A DNA stretch of 64,000 nucleotides from contig CBDETY010000003.1 in the NCBI GenBank assembly GCA_965243025.1, positions 1,312,001-1,376,000 of the forward strand, in the 5' to 3' direction. This DNA comes from Candidatus Latescibacterota bacterium. Its GTDB lineage: Bacteria; Latescibacterota; UBA2968; UBA8231. This document shows, piece by piece, positions 13,618 to 20,784 of this stretch. Positions within the stretch are counted from its first letter, which is position 1. Each line of letters opens with the position of its first letter. Both the position numbers and the translations under genes were made by a program. Under the pieces are notes generated by a model that saw nothing but the letters and a program-made list of their open reading frames with translations, ran no database searches and was not told the DNA's origin.

Positions 13618-14610
13618 ATGAAACTTTTTAAACGATTCCTGGGCCGCTGGTCCAAAGCCGGCAGGGGGCTCGTCCCGGAAGGGCCGGGAAGGAACGACCG
13701 GAAAGGTCTGTCCCTGATCGAGCTGTTCGCCAGGTTCCCCGACGACGCGGCCGCGGAACGCTGGTTCGAGGAAACCCGGTGGAGCAAGCAGATCCACTGC
13801 CCCCACTGCGGCTGTTACGGCATGATATCGGAATGTCCCGACCGCAAATCCATGCCCTACTGGTGCGGGGACTGCCGAAAGCGATTCAGCGTTCGCACCG
13901 GAACGGTGCTGTCCCACTCCAAGGTCCCCCTGCAGAAATGGGTGATCGCCATCTACCTGCACCTGTCCAGCCTCAAGGGCGTGTCCAGCCTGAAGCTGCA
14001 CCGGGACCTCCAGGTAACGCATGCAACGGCCTGGTTCATGGGCCACCGGATACGCGAAGCCTGGTCGGACCAGGAGAAGCTCTCAAGCAGGAGAGGCGAG
14101 ATCGACCAGGCCTATTTTGGCGGAAAGGAGGCCAACAAGCACGCCGACAAGAGACTGCGGGAACGGTGGATGGAGGGAAAAACCATCGTCGTCGGGATGA
14201 AGGACAGGAAAACCGGCAAGGTCGCCGCCAGCGTGGTTCCTGCCGAAACGGCGGACATTCTGAGGGCATTTGCCCGGAAGCACCTGAGAGCAAACGGCAC
14301 CCTGTACAGCGACGGGGCCAGTGCCTTGAAGGATTTCAAGTGGCCGGGAAAATCCGAGTTCGTCATCCACTCGAAAGGCCAGTTCTCTACCGATGGGTCC
14401 CACACCAACGGCATCGAAAGCTTCTGGTCCATGATCAAGCGAGCCTACAAGGGGACCTATCACAAAATGTCCCCGAAGCACCTGCAGCGCTACGTCGACG
14501 AGTTCGTCGGAAGGCACAACATCCGCGACAAGGACACTCTTGAGCAGATGGAAGACCTGGTTGCCCGGATGGTGGGGAAACGGCTGCTGTACCGGGATCT
14601 GGTTAAATAG
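13618..14610 (+). CDS. IS1595-family transposase (Zn ribbon plus ISXO2-type DDE)
   Basis: CPHC...CGDC zinc ribbon; EIDQAYFGG, YSDG, HTNGIESFW, YH-MS-KHLQRYVDEF. Confidence 0.93.
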   Translation: MKLFKRFLGRWSKAGRGLVPEGPGRNDRKGLSLIELFARFPDDAAAERWFEETRWSKQIHCPHCGCYGMISECPDRKSMPYWCGDCRKRFSVRTGTVLSHSKVPLQKWVIAIYLHLSSLKGVSSLKLHRDLQVTHATAWFMGHRIREAWSDQEKLSSRRGEIDQAYFGGKEANKHADKRLRERWMEGKTIVVGMKDRKTGKVAASVVPAETADILRAFARKHLRANGTLYSDGASALKDFKWPGKSEFVIHSKGQFSTDGSHTNGIESFWSMIKRAYKGTYHKMSPKHLQRYVDEFVGRHNIRDKDTLEQMEDLVARMVGKRLLYRDLVK

Positions 14611-14634
14611 AAACAGCCAGGCCCCTTCGCTGCT

Positions 14635-14669
14635 CCCCCCGCCTCTTCGAAGGTCCGGGGGCTTTTTTG
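14635..14669 (+). terminator. Intrinsic terminator after the transposase
   Basis: CCCCCG...CGGGGG stem followed by TTTTTT. Confidence 0.65.
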
Positions 14670-14710
14670 TGCCCTTTCGCAACATCAAACCGCTCAGAAA
14701 AGGAAACCGC

Positions 14711-14920
14711 ATGGTCGAACATCGCACCGTGGAGATCCAGACCGTAGAGGAATGCACCTTCCTTTCGGGACTTCGGATACCTGGAATCTCCATTCAAGGG
14801 GACCGCCAGGGAGGCGGCACCTACGAAATCATCCTGCCCGTAGGCCGGGCAAGGCAACTCATCGAACTGCTGTCCCGGGAGGCCGGAGGAAAGACCCCCG
14901 GGCGTCCGAAGGACATCTGA
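14711..14920 (+). CDS. Hypothetical protein
   Basis: AAGGA RBS; MVEHRTVEIQTVEECTFLSGLRIPG; co-oriented with neighbours. Confidence 0.55.
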   Translation: MVEHRTVEIQTVEECTFLSGLRIPGISIQGDRQGGGTYEIILPVGRARQLIELLSREAGGKTPGRPKDI

Positions 14921-14936
14921 ACGCGAAAGGAGACTG

Positions 14937-15332
14937 ATGATTCCCAATCCCATCAAAGGCAACGGCGAACAGCGGAAACTGCTGAACTCCCTGAAACCGG
15001 TTGTCAAAATCGTCGCCGTGGTCGCGGCCCGAGAAGCGGGGGTGTACCTCTACAAGCTCGCCCTCAACAAGGTCCACACCGAGTGGATCAAGGCGAAGGT
15101 GAAGGACAAGCTGAGGGTCGTTCGCAGGGACTTCGGGATGGAAACCGACCCCGAGCCCGGTCCACGGGACACCCCCGGTATCCCTGACGACGACATCCAG
15201 AACGGCGTGGATCCGGAAGGACCCAGCCCGAGAAGTCGGGCTGCCCAGCGGGCTGCCCAGCGCAGAGTGCGGGACGAAACCGGGAAGTTCGTCCGGAAAG
15301 ATCCACCACGGGAAGGGGGTGATAGCTCATGA
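14937..15332 (+). CDS. Hypothetical protein
   Basis: AGGAG RBS; 131 aa; basic C-terminal RVRDETGKFVR. Confidence 0.6.
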   Translation: MIPNPIKGNGEQRKLLNSLKPVVKIVAVVAAREAGVYLYKLALNKVHTEWIKAKVKDKLRVVRRDFGMETDPEPGPRDTPGIPDDDIQNGVDPEGPSPRSRAAQRAAQRRVRDETGKFVRKDPPREGGDSS

Positions 15333-15412
15333 TGCCAAGGTGGTTGGCGATTCTGCTGGAAGTGGCGCTGGAGGTGATTCAGATCGTGCTGAACCACTGG
15401 CGCAGCCGGTAG
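15329..15412 (+). CDS. 27-aa hydrophobic peptide
   Basis: MMPRWLAILLEVALEVIQIVLNHWRSR; ATGA overlap with the upstream stop; GGGGGTGA RBS. Confidence 0.4.
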   Translation: MMPRWLAILLEVALEVIQIVLNHWRSR

Positions 15413-15664
15413 ATGCCGACCGAGGGGTAGGTGCAATCCGTTGCGCCTATCCTTTAGCCGGTAACGAAAATACAGGCAAGCGACGCAGCCTGGAGGGGCA
15501 GTCCTACGATGTTCCGTGTGGACGATTACATCTGCATCACCTGTGAGCCGCCATGGAAATCCGAAGGGCTCGACTGGCCTACATCATCCATCGATTCGGC
15601 CCCCTCTTGGTGAAGCCGACGGACTCCGGCCATTTCGCCGCCTTTCCGGCCGCGACGGCTTGCT

Positions 15665-15886
15665 GTCCTCCCCGCAGAGAGGAAGCCGCGCGGAAATCCC
15701 CGAATTGTCGAGGAAGGTCATCACCCCGTAGCGGACTACCGCCAGCGACCGGGCTGAGTCCAGGACTCCTTGCAGAACTGTGTTGAGTCGGGGCTCTCAT
15801 TGATGCGCAGGCTGGCCTGACTCAACCGGGGTCAGGCGCTCCCGCAGGACCTCGTTGTCTCGTTCCATCTCCTCAGCAGGTTTCAT
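15665..15886 (-). pseudogene. Frameshifted N-terminal fragment of a GAF-domain sensor histidine kinase
   Basis: Strong RBS, then MKPAEEMERDNEVLRERLT / RLSQASLRINES / TVLQGVLDSARSLAVVRYGVMTFLDNSG across frameshifts. This is a coiled coil followed by the start of a GAF domain. Confidence 0.6.
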
Positions 15887-16128
15887 CCCTCCTCTCCTTG
15901 TCGGGCTCGGTTTCCAAGCCAAATCGTCCGAAATGTCCATTTTCCACCCCCAATTTCCATAAAAAAACCGCCGAAATGGACCTTATTTTCACCGGTTTAT
16001 CACTCATGGGGGAGTTATATTATTGACCCGGTCTTTTCGTGTCGCAGCCGGTTTCCTCGGCGGAATCCCCACGCTTTTCGCAAGTGGGTTGCATCCGCCC
16101 CAGCAACGCACCAAGGGAGATATCTGGG

Positions 16129-18324
16129 ATGAAAAAGCATTCGGTGTTCCACATGGCCTTGTTGTTGGCCGGCGTCCTGATGACGCAGGACAGTATTGCC
16201 CAGAAGATCCCCCCTTTACCCGAAGGCACCCTTGCCCGCCTGGGCAAAGGGGGAATCAGCTCGGGCGACCGAGGGCTGGCCTGGTCCCCCGACGGCACGC
16301 GGCTGGCGGTGGCCGGCATAGGCGTCTGGTTGTACAACGCCCGCACCCTGTCCGAAATCGCCTGGCTCAGAGGCGATGGGGACCCTGGCCTCTCGTCGGT
16401 GTCGTTCTCCCCGGATGGTCAGACCCTGGCCAGTAGCAGTTCGGACGGGACGGTGCGGTTGTGGGAGGTGGAGACCGGGCAGGAAAAGGCCGTCCTCGAA
16501 GGCCATTCGGGTCCGGTCTACTCGGTGTCGTTCTCCCCGGATGGGTCGTTGCTGGCCAGTGGCAGTGAGGACCAGACGGTGCGGCTGTGGGAGGTGGAGA
16601 CCGGGCAGGAACAGGCGGTCCTCCAAGGCCATACGGGAAGGGTCTACTCGGTGTCGTTTTCGCCGGATGGTCAGATGTTGGCCAGTGGCAGTAGGGACGA
16701 GACGGTGCGGTTGTGGGAGGTGGAGACCGGGCAGGAACAGGCGGTCCTCCAAGGCCATGCGGGGAGCGTCTCCTCGGTGTCGTTTTCCCCGGATGGTCAG
16801 ACCCTGGCCAGTGGCGGTTGGGACGAAACGGTGCGGTTGTGGGAGGTGGAGACGGGGCAGGAACAGGCCGTCCACCAGCGCCATACGGGTGGAGTCTCCT
16901 CGGTGTCGTTCTCCCCGGATGGTCGGACCCTGGCAAGTGGCAGTTGGGACGATACGGTGCGGTTGTGGGATATGGAATCCGGGCAGCAAAGGGCGGTCCT
17001 CCGAGGCCATGCGGGGAGCGTCTCCTCGGTGTCGTTCTCGCCGGATGGTCAGACCCTGGCCAGTGGCGGTAATGACCAGAGGGTGCGGTTGTGGGATGTG
17101 GAGACGGGGCAGGAAAAGGCCGTCCTCCAAGACCATACGGGGATCGTCTACTCGGTGTCGTTCTCCCCGGATGGTCAAACCCTGGCCAGTGGCAGTTACG
17201 ACCAGACGGTGCGGTTGTGGGATGTGGAGACGGGGCAGGAAAAGGCCGTCCTCCAGGGCCATACGAGTGGAGTCTCCTCGGTGTCGTACTCCCCGGACGG
17301 TCAGACGCTGGCCAGTGCCAGTTATGACCAGACGGTGTGGTTGTGGGATGTGGAGACCGGGCAGCAAAGGGCGGTTCTCCAAGGACAGATCCAATCGGTG
17401 TCGTTCTCCCCGGATGGTCAGATGTTGGCCAGTGGCGGTTGGGACGAGACGGTGCGGTTGTGGGATGTGGAATCCGGGCAGCAAAGGGCGGTCCTCCAAG
17501 GACATAGGAGTGAGGTCGAATCGGTGTCGTTCTCCCCGGATGGGCAGACCCTGGCCAGTGGCAGTTGGGACGATACGGGGGTGCGGTTGTGGGATGTGGC
17601 CAGCGGGCAGGAAAAGGCCGTCCTCCAAGGACATACGGCTGGGATCGAATCGGTGTCGTTCTCCCCGGATGGTCAGACCCTGGCCAGTGCCGGTAATGAC
17701 CGGACGGTGCGGTTGTGGGATGTGGAGACCGGGCAGCAAAGGGCGGTCCTCCAAGGCCATACGGGTTTGGTCGAATCGGTGTCGTTCTCCCCGGATGGTC
17801 GGACCCTGGCCAGTGGCGGTTGGGACGATACGGTGCGATTGTGGGATGTGGAGACGGGGCAGGAACAGGCCGTCCTCCAAGGCCATACGCGATTGGTCTA
17901 CTCGGTGTCGTTCTCCCCGGATGGTCAGATTTTGGCCAGTGGCAGTTCGGACGGCACGATTCTGCTGTGGGACATGGCGCCCTATCTCTCCCCCATTACC
18001 GCGGTCGAAACCCTTTCTGCCTCGCTGCCGGCCTCGACGGCGCTGCTGGCCAACTATCCCAACCCCTTCAACCCTGACACCTGGATTCCCTTTCAACTGC
18101 ACGCGCCGGCCCCGGTGCGCCTGAGCATCTACGACGCCCGGGGGGCGCTGGTCCGGGAAATCGATCTGGGTCATCGGGCGGCGGGTCAGTACCTGACCAG
18201 CGCCGGCGCCCTCCGGTGGGATGGCCGCGATCAGCGCGGCCAGCGGGTCGCCAGCGGAGTGTATCTGTATCGGTTGCAGGCCGGCCGGTTCGCCCAGGTG
18301 CGCAGGATGCTCCTTCTCAAATAG
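16129..18324 (+). CDS. Secreted WD40-repeat protein 1 (14 blades) with C-terminal FlgD_ig/T9SS-type sorting domain
   Basis: Signal peptide MKKHSVF...SIA; 13 near-identical GH...SVSFSPDG..LASG..D.TVRLWD repeats plus one N-terminal blade; C-terminal NYPNPFNP...WDGRD...VASGVYLY. Confidence 0.93.
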   Translation: MKKHSVFHMALLLAGVLMTQDSIAQKIPPLPEGTLARLGKGGISSGDRGLAWSPDGTRLAVAGIGVWLYNARTLSEIAWLRGDGDPGLSSVSFSPDGQTLASSSSDGTVRLWEVETGQEKAVLEGHSGPVYSVSFSPDGSLLASGSEDQTVRLWEVETGQEQAVLQGHTGRVYSVSFSPDGQMLASGSRDETVRLWEVETGQEQAVLQGHAGSVSSVSFSPDGQTLASGGWDETVRLWEVETGQEQAVHQRHTGGVSSVSFSPDGRTLASGSWDDTVRLWDMESGQQRAVLRGHAGSVSSVSFSPDGQTLASGGNDQRVRLWDVETGQEKAVLQDHTGIVYSVSFSPDGQTLASGSYDQTVRLWDVETGQEKAVLQGHTSGVSSVSYSPDGQTLASASYDQTVWLWDVETGQQRAVLQGQIQSVSFSPDGQMLASGGWDETVRLWDVESGQQRAVLQGHRSEVESVSFSPDGQTLASGSWDDTGVRLWDVASGQEKAVLQGHTAGIESVSFSPDGQTLASAGNDRTVRLWDVETGQQRAVLQGHTGLVESVSFSPDGRTLASGGWDDTVRLWDVETGQEQAVLQGHTRLVYSVSFSPDGQILASGSSDGTILLWDMAPYLSPITAVETLSASLPASTALLANYPNPFNPDTWIPFQLHAPAPVRLSIYDARGALVREIDLGHRAAGQYLTSAGALRWDGRDQRGQRVASGVYLYRLQAGRFAQVRRMLLLK

Positions 18325-18461
18325 CCTGGCCGGGAGGGATAACGCCCAAAGTGAACCGGCCCCCGGTGTTGAAGGTCCCGGAGGTTTTCCAATTCCTGAG
18401 GCGGGATGACAGGGGAACCTGGCCGTCTTCGGGACCCCACACCCCAAAAGAGGTAGCTCGG
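18325..18461 (+). repeat. Intergenic repeat, homologous to 20652-20784
   Basis: Shared GGTCCCGGAGGTT, GGATGACAGGGGAACC and GAGGTAGCTCGGATG blocks. Confidence 0.85.
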
Positions 18462-20651
18462 ATGAAAAAGCGTTCAGTGTTCCTCATGGCCTGGTTGGCC
18501 GGCGTCCTGATGGCGCAGGAGAGTTTTGCCCAGACGATACCCCCTTTACCCGAAGGCGCCCTCGCCCGCATGGGCAAAGGGAGTATCGGAAAGGGCGACG
18601 GAGGGGTGGCCTGGTCTCCCGACGGCACGCGGCTGGCGGTGGCCAGCATAGGCGGCATCTGGTTGTACAACGCCCGCACCCTGTCCGAATTGGCCCTGCT
18701 CCAAGACCTTGCCTGGTCGGTCCACTCGGTGTCGTTCTCCCCGGATGGTCGGACCCTGGCCAGTGGCAGCAACAGGACAGTGCGGTTGTGGGATGTGGAA
18801 ACCGGGCAAGAAAAGGCCGCCCTCCAAGGACATACGGACAACGTCCGCTCGGTGTCGTTCTCCCCGGATGGCCGGACCCTCGCCAGTGGCGCGGGTGGGG
18901 ACGAGACGATCCGGTTGTGGGATGTGGAGTCCGGGCAGGAAAAGGCGGTCCTCGAAGGCCATGCGGGGGGGATCACCTCGGTGTCGTTCTCCCCGGATAG
19001 CCGGACCCTGGTCAGTGGCAGTTACGACCAGACGGTGCGGTTGTGGGATGTGGAAACGGGGCAGGAAAAGGCGGTCCTCGAAGGCCATACGCAAACGGTC
19101 ACTTCGGTGTCGTTCTCCCGGGATGGTCAGACCCTGGCCAGTGGCAGTTGGGACGAGACGGTGCGGTTGTGGGAGGTGGAGACCGGGCAAGAAAACGCCG
19201 TCCTTGGCCAGAGGTGGGTCTACTCGGTGTCGTTCTCCCCGGATGGTGGGACCCTGGCCAGTGGAAATGGGGACGGGACCATTCGATTGTGGGACGTGGC
19301 CAGCGGCCAGGAACAGGCCGTCCTCCAAGGCCATGCGCAAGCGGTCGCCTGGGCGCGGTTCTCCCCGGATGGTCAAAGCCTGGCCAGTGGCAGTTGGGAC
19401 GAGACGGTGCGGTTGTGGGAGGTGGAAACCGGGCAGCAAACAGCCGTCCTCCAAGACCATTCGGGTTTGGTCAACTCGGTGTCGTTCTCCCCGGATGGTC
19501 AAAGCCTGGCCAGTGGCAGTTGGGACCAGACGGTGCGGTTGTGGGAGGTGGAGACCGGGCGGCTGAAGGCCCACCTCCAAGGCCATACGCATAGGGTCAA
19601 CTCGGTGTCGTTCTCCCCGGATGGCCAGACCCTGGCCAGTGGCAGTGGGGACGAGACGGTGCGATTGTGGGATGTGGCCAGCGGCCAGGAACAGGCCGTC
19701 CTCGAAGGCCATTCGGACAGGATCCATTCGGTGTCCTTTTCGCCGGACGGTCAGACCCTGGCCAGTGGCAGTGATGGCGGGACGGTGTGGTTGTGGGAAA
19801 TGGAGTCAGGGCAAGAACAGGCCGTCCTCGAAGGCCATTCGGACAGGATCCTCTCGGTGTCGTTCTCCCCGAATGGTCGGACTCTGGGCAGTGGCAGTGC
19901 TGACGAGACGGTGCGATTGTGGGATGTGGCCAGCGGCCAGGAACAGGCCGTCCTCCAAGGCCATACGCATTGGGTCAACTCGGTGTCGTTCTCCCCGAAT
20001 GGTCGGACTCTGGGCAGTGGCAGTGCTGACGAGACGGTGCGATTGTGGGATGTGGCCAGCGGCCAGGAACAGGCCGTCCTCCAAGGCCATACGCATTGGG
20101 TCAACTCGGTGTCGTTTTCGCCGGATGGTCAGACCCTGGCCAGTGGCAGTTCGGACGAGACGGTGCGGTTGTGGGATGTGGAGACCGGGCAAGAAAAGGC
20201 CACCCGCTACCATACGTGGGGTGTCAACTCGGTGTCGTTTTCGCCGGATGGGCAGATTTTGGCCAGTGGCAGTGGGGACGGCACGATTCTGCTGTGGGAC
20301 ATGGCGCCCTACGTCCCCCCCATTACCGCGGTCGAAACCCTTTCTGCCTCGCTGCCGGCCTCGACGGCGCTGCTGGCCAACTATCCCAACCCCTTCAACC
20401 CCGACACCTGGATTCCCTTTCAACTGCTCGAGCCGGCCCCGGTGCGCCTGAGCATCTACGACGCCCGGGGGGCGCTGGTCCGGGAAATCGATGTGGGTCA
20501 TCGGGCGGCGGGTCAGTACCTGACCAGCGCCGGCGCCCTCCGGTGGGACGGCCGCGATCAGCGCGGCCAGCGGGTCGCCAGCGGAGTGTATCTGTATCGG
20601 TTGCAGGCCGGCCGGTTCGCCCAGGTGCGCAGGATGCTCCTTCTCAAATAG
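18462..20651 (+). CDS. Secreted WD40-repeat protein 2 (14 blades) with FlgD_ig/T9SS-type domain
   Basis: MKKRSVFLMAW signal peptide; 13+1 WD40 repeats; C-terminus nearly identical to gene 1. Confidence 0.93.
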   Translation: MKKRSVFLMAWLAGVLMAQESFAQTIPPLPEGALARMGKGSIGKGDGGVAWSPDGTRLAVASIGGIWLYNARTLSELALLQDLAWSVHSVSFSPDGRTLASGSNRTVRLWDVETGQEKAALQGHTDNVRSVSFSPDGRTLASGAGGDETIRLWDVESGQEKAVLEGHAGGITSVSFSPDSRTLVSGSYDQTVRLWDVETGQEKAVLEGHTQTVTSVSFSRDGQTLASGSWDETVRLWEVETGQENAVLGQRWVYSVSFSPDGGTLASGNGDGTIRLWDVASGQEQAVLQGHAQAVAWARFSPDGQSLASGSWDETVRLWEVETGQQTAVLQDHSGLVNSVSFSPDGQSLASGSWDQTVRLWEVETGRLKAHLQGHTHRVNSVSFSPDGQTLASGSGDETVRLWDVASGQEQAVLEGHSDRIHSVSFSPDGQTLASGSDGGTVWLWEMESGQEQAVLEGHSDRILSVSFSPNGRTLGSGSADETVRLWDVASGQEQAVLQGHTHWVNSVSFSPNGRTLGSGSADETVRLWDVASGQEQAVLQGHTHWVNSVSFSPDGQTLASGSSDETVRLWDVETGQEKATRYHTWGVNSVSFSPDGQILASGSGDGTILLWDMAPYVPPITAVETLSASLPASTALLANYPNPFNPDTWIPFQLLEPAPVRLSIYDARGALVREIDVGHRAAGQYLTSAGALRWDGRDQRGQRVASGVYLYRLQAGRFAQVRRMLLLK
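19853..20116 (+). repeat. Exact tandem duplication with 126-bp period (one WD40 unit)
   Basis: 19853-19990 is identical to 19979-20116. Confidence 0.9.
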
Positions 20652-20784
20652 CTGGCCGGGGGATAACTCCCAAAGCGAACCCGGCCCCCGGTTTGCAGGT
20701 CCCGGAGGTTATTCAATTCCCGAGGCGGATGACAGGGGAACCCCGGCCGCCTTCGGGACGCCACACCCAAAGGAGGTAGCTCGG
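20652..20784 (+). repeat. Intergenic repeat, copy 2
   Basis: Homologous to 18325-18461. Confidence 0.85.

Noticed and set aside
15413-15660. Possible Cys-containing small ORFs
   Set aside because: Frames are fragmentary, with no convincing RBS or motif; probably decayed DNA that I cannot assign.
16008-16030. GGGAGTTATATTATTGACCC as a second IS1595 end
   Set aside because: Only loosely similar to 27101-27122, with no target duplication; it could equally be promoter sequence.
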